From Eubacteriales bacterium (GTDB lineage Bacteria; Bacillota; Clostridia; Lachnospirales; JAVBJY01), in the NCBI GenBank assembly GCA_031546735.1, contig JAVBJY010000103.1, positions 1 to 58,813 on the forward strand: DNA of 58,813 nucleotides. The letters are read 5' to 3'. Of this stretch, positions 9,017 through 17,493 are shown in pieces. The translations under genes and the position numbers were made by a program. Positions within the stretch are counted from its first letter, which is position 1; the number at the start of each line of letters is the position of its first letter. A model generated the notes under the pieces. The model made no database searches, was not told the DNA's origin, and was given only the letters and a program-made list of their open reading frames with translations.

Positions 9017-10372
9017 GTGGATAAAGCGAAGCAACTAAAAGAAGAAAAGATATTGAAATTATTATTGGTGTATTCCTTGCCTGCGATGGTTGGCATGGTA
9101 ATCAACTCGATTTATAACATCGTAGACAGAATTTTTATTGGAAACAGCCCCGACTTGAGTGCATTAGGGCTTGCCGGCATCACCATTGCCTTTCCCATCG
9201 TCATCATCATGATGGCCGTGGCGATGCTCTTCGGTGTGGGGGGCTCTATTTTGTTCTCCATGCGGCTTGGACAAGGCAAACCTGAACAATCTGCCATTGC
9301 ATTAGGCAATACCACCACCCTTTTGATCATCAGTGGCATCAGCATCATGGTCATTTGCCTCATATTTTTACGGCCGCTTTTGATATTCTTTGGCGCAAGT
9401 GAAGAGGTGCTTCCCTATGCCATCGAATACATGCGGGTTATTTTGTTTGGTGCCTTGTTTCAAAACCTCAGCATGGGTCTAAACTGGTTTGCCCGCGCAG
9501 ATGGGCATCCAAAGACAGCCATGTTCACCATGTTGATTGGCTCCATTATCAACATTATCTTAAACCCGCTCTTTATTTATGTATTTAAGTGGGGAATGGC
9601 CGGTTCGGCACTGGCGACGATTATTGGTCAAACGTGTTCTGCCATATGGGTGCTGTCCCATTTTTTAGGTCAAAAATGTACCATCAAATTGTCTTTGCAT
9701 AACATGCTTTTGAAAGCTGAATATGTAAAGAAGATTATTCCCTTGGGCATATCGTCATTTTCGTTACAACTTGCGAGCTGTATCCTGACCATCGTCTTAA
9801 ACGTGACAGTCGCCGCATATGGTGGCGATATCGCCGTTTCTGTTTTTGGCATCCTCAATACACTGTCGCTGTTTATCATTTTGCCTGTCATTGGTGTAAA
9901 CCAGGGCATGCAGCCGATTATCGCCTTTAACTATGGCGCTGGCTCATACGCCCGGGTGAAGAAAACATTTTATGCCGCCATCCTACTCGCCACCGTCATT
10001 GTGATTTTCGGCTTCATTATGACGAGGTTGTTGCCACGGCAGATGATCTCTATTTTTAATGATGATCCCCAACTGATTGCACTCGGTGTACGTGGCATTC
10101 AAATATGGTTTTTATCCCTACCCATCGTTGGTTTGCAGATTATCGGCGCCAATTATTTTCAATCCGTGGGAAAGGTCAAAACGGCCATTTTGTTATCTAC
10201 CTCGCGCCAAATCTTATTTTTGATTCCTTTTGTTTTGATTCTGTCGAGATTTTTCGGCATGGACGGTGTCTTGTACGCCATCCCCATCTCAGACGCGCTG
10301 TCGTGTCTCATTACCTCCATATTTGCGTTTGTCGAAATGAGAAGGTATCGGAAGTTGGTTGATGTGGTGTAG
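9017..10372 (+). CDS. MATE-family efflux transporter
   Basis: 451 aa, about 12 predicted hydrophobic segments, MATE-like N-terminus (LLLVYSLPAMVGMVINSIYNIVDRIFIG). GTG start after AGGAG. Confidence 0.8.
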   Translation: MDKAKQLKEEKILKLLLVYSLPAMVGMVINSIYNIVDRIFIGNSPDLSALGLAGITIAFPIVIIMMAVAMLFGVGGSILFSMRLGQGKPEQSAIALGNTTTLLIISGISIMVICLIFLRPLLIFFGASEEVLPYAIEYMRVILFGALFQNLSMGLNWFARADGHPKTAMFTMLIGSIINIILNPLFIYVFKWGMAGSALATIIGQTCSAIWVLSHFLGQKCTIKLSLHNMLLKAEYVKKIIPLGISSFSLQLASCILTIVLNVTVAAYGGDIAVSVFGILNTLSLFIILPVIGVNQGMQPIIAFNYGAGSYARVKKTFYAAILLATVIVIFGFIMTRLLPRQMISIFNDDPQLIALGVRGIQIWFLSLPIVGLQIIGANYFQSVGKVKTAILLSTSRQILFLIPFVLILSRFFGMDGVLYAIPISDALSCLITSIFAFVEMRRYRKLVDVV

Positions 10373-10380
10373 AACGCCAA

Positions 10381-10435
10381 ATAGGGGCTATTGCAAAACT
10401 GAACATTTCAGTTTTGCAATAGCCCCTATTTTTTA
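10381..10435. terminator. Bidirectional rho-independent terminator
   Basis: Stem of about 23 bp, ataggggctattgcaaaactgaa / ttcagttttgcaatagcccctat, followed by TTTTTT. Lies between convergent genes. Confidence 0.8.
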
Positions 10436-10663
10436 GTTTACCATATAATCCTCTGTTAGAACAGTGGCACCAAACCCAGACAGCGTTGCGACACTTTGCA
10501 AATCATTTTTATTTAATAGATCATTAGTATACAGTACCGCTTTTTGTTCTGTAACCGAAATGCCTGCCGCCACGATACCCGATATATCATTAAATGCCGA
10601 GCTGAGCCTGCCTGCACTCTCGTCATTGTATACGCCTTCAATGCCCAGTGTAATTCTTTTCAT
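10433..10663 (-). CDS. Small HMA-like (ferredoxin-fold) protein lacking the CxxC metal site
   Basis: 76 aa. The spacing pattern ITLGIEG....A.RLSSAFNDISGIVAAGISVTEQKAVLY....L.SVATLSGFGATVL mimics heavy-metal-associated domains, but the MxCxxC position reads VYNDES. AGGAGGG RBS. Confidence 0.4.
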   Translation of the reverse strand: MKRITLGIEGVYNDESAGRLSSAFNDISGIVAAGISVTEQKAVLYTNDLLNKNDLQSVATLSGFGATVLTEDYMVN

Positions 10664-10777
10664 AAAAAATAGCCCTCCTTATGCGAATTCCATTTGTACC
10701 GGTTGCCATGGAAATCGCGTCAATAATAAGATTGATTCTATTATTATTGACAGAGGGCTATTGTTATATTCTTATAA

Positions 10778-12298
10778 TTATGATGTTTTAGACGCACCCA
10801 ACAAGTATGGTCTTTCAAATGTGAACAACAACATTTCATATGATTGTTCATTCGTTTTTAAATCAATTTCTGCCTTCAAAACGCCCACTCTTGCTTCTTT
10901 TGTGCTTAATAGGGTCACATTGCCCACTTCATAGTTGGACACAACGCTGTTATAGTCGTCCTGTGCTTTATGAAGTGCGGCTTCCAATGACTGGCGAGAT
11001 TGTTTTAAACGCCCGATGTCATTGTATGCTTTTCTCAAATTGGTTTCAAGTGTCGTTTTTGCATCTTCCAGTGCGCGCTTCGCCTTATTCGATTTGTTTT
11101 GCAAGTCAATCTTCGACTCATCCGAATAGACGACATTGGTTCTTAGATTGTATTCTGCCAACTCATAGTCAATTTGCTTTAACTTAATGGATATATCATT
11201 GTTCACGCTTTTAAACACATAACTTTCCAAATCAAAGTTGTCAAATGCCTTAATATCAGGGCTGTATTCAACATAAACATCCGTCTTTGCATCTAAGCCC
11301 ATCAATTTGTTTAGACTCACTTTGGCATCGGCATAGTTCAGCTTCAACTGCTCATAAGAAGCATCCAATGTCTTCAAGCTATTTTTTTGTGTATTCAAGT
11401 TATATTCGCTTTCATACCCCAAAGAATACTTGAGTTCCATATTTTTTATTTTCTCTTGTGCAATCGATATATTCTCTTGTAACTGCGCCAAACTCATTTC
11501 GTACGAATCAATTTGACATAATGATGAAATGAGGCTCAAGCTCAAACCGTCTTTTACGATTTGCTCATTCATGCTTACGGCTTCTTTTGACTTATCTGTG
11601 GATACAACGCTTCTCATAATATTGATCGTTGAGGTTAAGTTTTTATATTGTGTCATCTGTAGCGCATCTGTATCTGTGTAAGACGGTGTATCTGTCGCCG
11701 GAAACATGGAGGTGTAAGAACCCGAATCGGTTATGGCCTGTAGCGAGTCGTACAACTTGTCCTCTGTATCGTCCAGTAAATTAACTGTATCAGACAGTGA
11801 TTTTAAATCCGAATTTTTCTTCAATACTTTTTCATAGGCCTGGTCAAAAGTCAATACCGTGGTATCGGCTGATAGGTTGCGCTTCGTTTCTAACATTGTT
11901 GCACCTGTGCTAATGAGTACAGTAGATGTTTCGGCATCCCAATCTACTTTTGCGCCAAAGGTCTCGCTTACAAACCGAAGTGGAATCAGCACAGCACCAT
12001 CTACGATCTTACAGCTTACAGGCAATACGGATTTGGCGCCGTTGTGGTCTACTTGATTCGTATCTACATATAAAATTACTTTGTCGCTTCCTTTTCGGAT
12101 TGTGACACTGCGGAACGGCGTGCTCCACGTCACCTCTGCGCCAAGAAGATTTGCCATGTCACGTATCCCGACGAGGCTGTTGCCATCTTCAACAATATAC
12201 TTGACTGGTTCTAATAAGCCGTTTACTTTTACATTTGCCAATGCCGCCTGGCTCGAAATGGCAACCAACAACGACGTTACGATTAAAAACCTTTTCAT
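10778..12298 (-). CDS. TolC/OEP-like protein with N-terminal copper-amine-oxidase-N-like (stalk) domain
   Basis: Start moved to MKRF (12298) behind GGAGGAAACAGT. Signal peptide present. VLIPLRFVSETFGAKVDWD is the Cu_amine_oxidN1-type motif. The rest is two coiled-coil repeats with OEP-like hallmarks (LTFDQAYEKVLKKNSDLKSL; YEVGNVTLLSTKEARVGVLKAE). Confidence 0.6.
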   Translation of the reverse strand: MKRFLIVTSLLVAISSQAALANVKVNGLLEPVKYIVEDGNSLVGIRDMANLLGAEVTWSTPFRSVTIRKGSDKVILYVDTNQVDHNGAKSVLPVSCKIVDGAVLIPLRFVSETFGAKVDWDAETSTVLISTGATMLETKRNLSADTTVLTFDQAYEKVLKKNSDLKSLSDTVNLLDDTEDKLYDSLQAITDSGSYTSMFPATDTPSYTDTDALQMTQYKNLTSTINIMRSVVSTDKSKEAVSMNEQIVKDGLSLSLISSLCQIDSYEMSLAQLQENISIAQEKIKNMELKYSLGYESEYNLNTQKNSLKTLDASYEQLKLNYADAKVSLNKLMGLDAKTDVYVEYSPDIKAFDNFDLESYVFKSVNNDISIKLKQIDYELAEYNLRTNVVYSDESKIDLQNKSNKAKRALEDAKTTLETNLRKAYNDIGRLKQSRQSLEAALHKAQDDYNSVVSNYEVGNVTLLSTKEARVGVLKAEIDLKTNEQSYEMLLFTFERPYLLGASKTS

Positions 12299-12320
12299 AC
12301 TGTTTCCTCCTTCATTTAAT

Positions 12321-12353
12321 AAAAAAAACCCCACTAGCTTAGTGGGGTTTTTT
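12321..12353 (-). terminator. Rho-independent terminator after the S-layer-like gene
   Basis: Minus strand: aaccccact-aagct-agtggggtt followed by TTTTTTTT. It ends only about 12 nt before the RBS of the TolC-like gene. Confidence 0.75.
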
Positions 12354-12374
12354 ACTAGACTGAATTAGTCTTGA

Positions 12375-14837
12375 TTACTTTTGGTTGTAGATAGCTGTTC
12401 TTGTTGCATCATCCCAAGTAACTTTAACGCCTAAAGCATCGCCTAAAGCTCTGAAAGGAACGAACATTCTTGAATCAGTAACTTCAGCTTTTACTGGTTG
12501 GCCACTTGGGCTAGTCATAGGAATAACTGTTCCGCCAACTGACATTTTGCTGCTGTTAGCTGTAAATTGGATTGGCGTAATGCTTGTGCCAGCCGCATAG
12601 AAAATTGTTACTGTTTTTGTTGAAGGATCCCATTGGATTTTGCTTGATTCGTCAGCTGATTCAACACTGTCGATACCCAATGCTAAAGATACGAATCTCA
12701 AAGGAACCATTGTGCTACCACTTGCTGCTTGGATATAAGGAGCTACGTCCATTTCAGATGCTACGTCGTTGATAAGGCAAGAAGTAGAACCGATAGAAAC
12801 TTTAACAACTTGATCCAAAGTACCTGTTTCAGTTACAACTTTGATATAATCTTTGAATTTGTAGCCTTCGTTGTCATCAAAGATTGGCAAGTAGTCTAAT
12901 GTGTCTTTATCATCGTAGTTTGTTACAAATGAATCACCACAAACAAGGATATCATATGAACCAAATGGTACTGAACGAGTTGATCCCATTTTTACGTTTT
13001 TGAATGTGATTGAAGATGGAGCCGTTCTACTTTCTCTGTCGATTGTTACCATGATATAACCGTTTTTAACTTTGAAGTCTTTAACAGTTAATTCACCATC
13101 AATCGTGTAATCTAAGTTCTCATCAGCAAAACCTAAATCTTCTTTACCGTAAATACTATCAAGTTTAACATAAAGCACTTTGTCTTTAAGGAAAGTACCT
13201 GCTGCAGCTTCTGTAATTTTGATGTCAGCTGTATCAAGTTTTTGGTAACCTAAGTTTACATTTGTTGAAGCTGATTCGATTGTGATTGGAGGAGCGATTT
13301 TTGCGATAACAACTGAATCAACAACACCAGCTGCAATACCGCCGCCTTTTACATCCAAAGTTACATCGCCTGCAAAGTTCAATTCAGAACTCAAGTATAA
13401 TGTCATTTTGAATTCAGCTAAATCAGTTTTGCTTGGTACTGCACGTGAAATAGAAAGTGTTCTACCATCTTTACTGATGTCATAGTCATCTACGCTACCT
13501 GAACTAATATACTTTACATCGTCAAACTCTGCTCTTGCAATTTTAACGCCTTCTGGCACTGTAAATTCAAGTTTTCTCGTGTCTAACCAAGTACCCTTGA
13601 TTGTTTCAGCAAAACGAACTTGCGCTGCTTTTGTTTGATCAGAATCTATCTTTGTTTCTGTAACTACATCAACAGCTCCGGTTGTTTTTCTAGAAGTGTC
13701 AAATTTGTCTTCAACACGACCTGCCAATATTGTAGGCACGTCTTTTAAAGTTTTCAAGTCAAAACCATAGTCATGACGTTCGCCAACTTTAATTGTTTCT
13801 GTTGTGACATCTTGACCTTTAACTTTAATAGAGATATCACCATAATCTACATCTTCATCAATAGGAACGATTACAAGACCATCAGTGGTTGTACTTGTGC
13901 TTGTTCCTGTACCAATATATAATGTGTCTAGTTTGCCACCAGTTCCAGCTACATATCCAGCAGGTACTGTAAACGTAATTGTATCTTTAGAAAAAGTATA
14001 AGAATCTAGCACTTTATATCCAGGCGCTGCGATATTATAGTCTGATGAAATTCTAAGAGTTTGACCCGCTTTAAATTCAAAGTTACCATTGGTTTGAACT
14101 GTAATCGTTCTGCCTGGTTTAATTGTACCAGCAACAGTTTCTTTGATTGCAATCGGTTGAATTCTAACTTCATCTCTACCAGTTTCAATACTTGAAACTG
14201 TCGTTACGGTAGAACCTTTGCTTGAAGTACCTGTAGCAAAAAGCGTTGTGCTGTTAGAGATTGCAGTACTAAGCGCATCTACAGTTACTTTAACGTCGCC
14301 TTCGGCTGTAATTTTCGCGTTAAGAGGGATATTATAAGTTGCATCTTTACCGCCACCCATGCTATCACTTCTCTTAACAACATCAGCAGTAATAGGAGCA
14401 ATTGTAAGAATTGCTACTTTTTTGTCGCCTGACGAAACTTTAAGGCTCCAAGGAATTGTGTTAGAACTTACTGCAGACTTTAAAATTCTAATGTTGTCAG
14501 AAGTAGAGAAATCGGTTGTTTCATTTACTTGTGTTTTGTAGTCAGCCCAAGTGCCAGCAGCACCCTTCCATGAATCATCTCCTGCCCACTCTGCATTGGT
14601 TAATACAAGTCTGATCGAAGTTTCAGTAGAAATTGCATCACTTGGATCAATCGAAAGCACTGGTGCTGCTTTCGGGATTTTGTCACCCGTTACTGGGTTA
14701 ATATCATAATTCGTAAAAGCATCTTGTTGCACTGTAATCTGTTTGTCAACGCTGTTACTTGAGTTAGCGAAGACACTCATTGGCATTGTTGCTACAGCCA
14801 TCATAGCTGCCAATAATATAGCTATTTTTCTTTTCAT
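12375..14837 (-). CDS. Major cell-surface (S-layer-like) protein with two C-terminal copper-amine-oxidase-N-like domains
   Basis: 820 aa. Signal peptide MKRKIAILLAAMMAVATMPMSVFA. T/S/V/K-rich beta-type sequence. C-terminal MVPLRFVSLALGIDS and MFVPFRALGDALGVKVTWD motifs. Strongly biased A/T-ending codons, near-consensus promoter and strong terminator suggest high expression. Confidence 0.6.
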   Translation of the reverse strand: MKRKIAILLAAMMAVATMPMSVFANSSNSVDKQITVQQDAFTNYDINPVTGDKIPKAAPVLSIDPSDAISTETSIRLVLTNAEWAGDDSWKGAAGTWADYKTQVNETTDFSTSDNIRILKSAVSSNTIPWSLKVSSGDKKVAILTIAPITADVVKRSDSMGGGKDATYNIPLNAKITAEGDVKVTVDALSTAISNSTTLFATGTSSKGSTVTTVSSIETGRDEVRIQPIAIKETVAGTIKPGRTITVQTNGNFEFKAGQTLRISSDYNIAAPGYKVLDSYTFSKDTITFTVPAGYVAGTGGKLDTLYIGTGTSTSTTTDGLVIVPIDEDVDYGDISIKVKGQDVTTETIKVGERHDYGFDLKTLKDVPTILAGRVEDKFDTSRKTTGAVDVVTETKIDSDQTKAAQVRFAETIKGTWLDTRKLEFTVPEGVKIARAEFDDVKYISSGSVDDYDISKDGRTLSISRAVPSKTDLAEFKMTLYLSSELNFAGDVTLDVKGGGIAAGVVDSVVIAKIAPPITIESASTNVNLGYQKLDTADIKITEAAAGTFLKDKVLYVKLDSIYGKEDLGFADENLDYTIDGELTVKDFKVKNGYIMVTIDRESRTAPSSITFKNVKMGSTRSVPFGSYDILVCGDSFVTNYDDKDTLDYLPIFDDNEGYKFKDYIKVVTETGTLDQVVKVSIGSTSCLINDVASEMDVAPYIQAASGSTMVPLRFVSLALGIDSVESADESSKIQWDPSTKTVTIFYAAGTSITPIQFTANSSKMSVGGTVIPMTSPSGQPVKAEVTDSRMFVPFRALGDALGVKVTWDDATRTAIYNQK

Positions 14838-14908
14838 TTTTGTTCCTCCTTATAAAATTAAAATGTGTGTGTGTTGAGGCAACAGGTCTTTACCTCATTT
14901 ACAAAAGT

Positions 14909-14937
14909 ATTATAGCACTGCAATATTTTGTCGTCAA
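14909..14937 (-). promoter_or_regulatory. Near-consensus sigma-A promoter of the S-layer-like gene
   Basis: Minus strand: TTGACG (14937-14932), 17 nt spacer, TGCTATAAT (TATAAT at 14914-14909). Leader of about 60 nt, then AAGGAGGAAC RBS. Confidence 0.65.
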
Positions 14938-15139
14938 CAACCAATGGCAGAATGTAACAATATTGTAATATATATGAACATTGTTTTCGGTTCTCGGTTG
15001 CGTTTGACACATATTGCTTGCGACATGAGTAAATATATCATGCTTTCAAGCTAGTTTCAAGTGTTTTGTCTAAACTGTAACAGACACGTAATGCGCTTGT
15101 AACGTTAACGCTCAAACCGGCATATTCTCTGTTCTTTTG

Positions 15140-15457
15140 TTACATCATGCCTTCTATTTTTTCCAACAAAACATCTTTGGGCACGGCCCCTACAACCTGT
15201 TCTACGACTTCGCCTTGTTGAAAGAACATCAACGTGGGAACACTTCTGATGCCATATTTCACGACAACATCGGTCGCTTCGTCGATATCGACTTTTACAA
15301 CCTTCGCTTTTCCGTCGAGTTCTCCAGACAAATCGTCAATCATTTTTGCTATCATCTTACACGGGCCGCACCATGTGGCAAAAAAATCTACCAACACGGG
15401 TATTTCACTTTTTAACACTTCTTCTTCAAAGTCATTTCCTTTTACTACTAGAGCCAT
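15140..15457 (-). CDS. trxA: Thioredoxin
   Basis: 105 aa, active site WCGPCK. Confidence 0.9.
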   Translation of the reverse strand: MALVVKGNDFEEEVLKSEIPVLVDFFATWCGPCKMIAKMIDDLSGELDGKAKVVKVDIDEATDVVVKYGIRSVPTLMFFQQGEVVEQVVGAVPKDVLLEKIEGMM

Positions 15458-15585
15458 TTTATTTCCTCCTTGAACTTCGTAATCATCTGTAAGATTTGAT
15501 GGTTTGTATTATATGTTTTTTCCCGGCATAAGTCAATTGAGAATGTGGGTTCCAAATCTGTTCACGCAGATTGCCCTAGGTTGCC

Positions 15586-16407
15586 CTAGTCGTTTGCGAT
15601 ATCGATCTTCTCCGGCATATAATTTTCATTTAACAAGACACTGCAAATCTGCTCAAACTTTGAAGAATAATCACTTACGTAAAACTTATGATTACTTTGT
15701 TCTCTTTCCTTTGTCGTTGCCTCATTCAGCATGGCATTATCCGTTAGGAATCTTTTTATTTTCATTGCTGTTTCTATTGCTGGGTTTACAATCTCTATTT
15801 TGTCACCAATCGCGTTTTTTATACATGAATTTAAAAGTGGATAATGTGTGCAACCCAAAATGAGTGCATCTATGCCCTGTTCGACCAATTCATTCAAATA
15901 TTTTCTAGCGGTCAATGTCGCAATCTGGTTGTTTTCGTCGATGAAGCCCTCTTCTGCCAGCGGCACAAACAGCGGACAAGCTTTCTGGTGCACAATGATA
16001 TCTTTATTTTTTTGAAGTAACTTCTTTCTGTACGCATCACTTCTAATGGTTGCTTCTGTTCCGATGATGCCGACGATGCCGTTTTTTGTCACCTTTAAAC
16101 AGGCATCAACACCCGGCGAGATGACTTCTATAATGGGGATATCGAAGTGCTCGACCAGTGCATCATAACTATTCGAGCTGGCGGTGTTGCAGGCAATGAT
16201 AATCGCCTTCACATCTTTGCTTTTTAGAAAATGCACGATTTGCTTTGAAAATTTTGTGACGGTCTCTTTTGATTTAGAGCCGTAGGGCACCCTTGCCGTA
16301 TCGCCGAAATAAATGATGTCCTCTCCTGGCATATGCTTCATGACCTCTTTGACAACCGTCAATCCGCCTACGCCTGAATCAAAGATTCCGATTGGTCTCG
16401 TATCCAT
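15586..16407 (-). CDS. murI: Glutamate racemase
   Basis: 273 aa. DSGVGGLTV, ACNTAS and GCTHYP motifs. Confidence 0.9.
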   Translation of the reverse strand: MDTRPIGIFDSGVGGLTVVKEVMKHMPGEDIIYFGDTARVPYGSKSKETVTKFSKQIVHFLKSKDVKAIIIACNTASSNSYDALVEHFDIPIIEVISPGVDACLKVTKNGIVGIIGTEATIRSDAYRKKLLQKNKDIIVHQKACPLFVPLAEEGFIDENNQIATLTARKYLNELVEQGIDALILGCTHYPLLNSCIKNAIGDKIEIVNPAIETAMKIKRFLTDNAMLNEATTKEREQSNHKFYVSDYSSKFEQICSVLLNENYMPEKIDIAND

Positions 16408-16408
16408 T

Positions 16409-17476
16409 CTACGCCTCCTGTGCCAATTGAATCAGTCGATCAATCAACTCTGAAAGCGAAAGACCGGCCTCCTGCCACAGCATCGGGTACATGCTGATGC
16501 CTGTAAATCCTGGCATCGTATTGATTTCGTTAAAAACAACCTCGCCTGTCTCATGTTCGAGGAAGAAATCCACACGCGCCAATCCGCTTCCACCCAACGC
16601 CTGAAAAATTTGAATCGATTTTTGGCGAATGTCTTCACTGGTCTCGTAGGGAATTTCTGCCGGAACAATTGTCTTTGACCCTCTGTCGTTATATTTTGCA
16701 TCATAACTATAAAATTCATCCGCGGCAATAATTTCTCCTACCGGTGATGCTTCTATGGTTTGATTGCCAAGCACGCCGCATTCCACCTCGCGCCCCACAA
16801 TTGCTTTTTCGACAAGAATTTTGTCGCCGAACTGCGCCGCTTCTTTTATTGCCTCTTCTGCTTGCTGTCTGTCCAACGCTTTCGAGACGCCGACAGAGGA
16901 GCCAGTTGCCGACGGCTTTACAAAACATGGATACCCGATTTCATTCTCGATCGTCTGCAACACGGTGTCCAGTTCTTCTATTTGATGCCTATGTACGGTG
17001 TAATGCTTGGCCTGTCGTATACCAATGCCTTCCACGATTTTTTTTGTGTAGTATTTGTCCATACAAAGACCCGACGACAGGATGCCGCACCCCACGTAAG
17101 GGATGCCTGCCAGGGCAAATAGCCCCTGTATTGCCCCATCTTCGCCATATTCGCCATGCAGTGCCGAAAACGCAACGTCGATGTGAATGCATTTTACGCG
17201 TTCGCCTACAATTCGCAACAACCCATGGTGCGCTGTATCTGGGCTTATGACAGCCTTTACGGCATATTTTTCCCACTGACCGGTTAACATGTTGTCAATC
17301 TGTCCGTCATACAACAGCCACTCCCCGTCTTTTGTAATAAAGACAGGGATGACGTCGTACTGTTCTTCTGACATATGAGAAACAATCGTTTTTGCAGAAA
17401 TTTTTGATATTTCGTGTTCTGGCGATTTGCCGCCAAATATAACCGCAACTGTTCGTTTTTTATCCATTCTATTCAC
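16409..17476 (-). CDS. ddl: D-alanine--D-alanine ligase
   Basis: 355 aa. VIFGGKSPEHEIS N-terminus, ATP-grasp C-terminal half (ARVDFFL...FNEINTMPGFT). Confidence 0.9.
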   Translation of the reverse strand: MNRMDKKRTVAVIFGGKSPEHEISKISAKTIVSHMSEEQYDVIPVFITKDGEWLLYDGQIDNMLTGQWEKYAVKAVISPDTAHHGLLRIVGERVKCIHIDVAFSALHGEYGEDGAIQGLFALAGIPYVGCGILSSGLCMDKYYTKKIVEGIGIRQAKHYTVHRHQIEELDTVLQTIENEIGYPCFVKPSATGSSVGVSKALDRQQAEEAIKEAAQFGDKILVEKAIVGREVECGVLGNQTIEASPVGEIIAADEFYSYDAKYNDRGSKTIVPAEIPYETSEDIRQKSIQIFQALGGSGLARVDFFLEHETGEVVFNEINTMPGFTGISMYPMLWQEAGLSLSELIDRLIQLAQEA

Positions 17477-17493
17477 ATTCCTTTTTAATTATT

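Noticed and set aside
10778-12298. Using the TolC-like gene as proof that the host is diderm
   Set aside because: One OEP-like protein is not sufficient, and no other outer-membrane biogenesis genes are in the window. The envelope type is left open.
15504-15863. 119-aa plus-strand ORF between trxA and murI
   Set aside because: Most of it is antisense to the murI 3' end. It has low-complexity L/F/S composition and no RBS.
16744-17250. Several 70-170 aa ORFs in other frames or antisense inside ddl. Similar cases lie inside argJ/argB (42208-42705, 43415-43933), proS (22851-23420), SNF2 (31706-32128) and hydA (34018-34491).
   Set aside because: They overlap well-supported genes, lack ribosome-binding sites, and have skewed, low-complexity compositions (R/C/L-rich). 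These are typical shadow ORFs.
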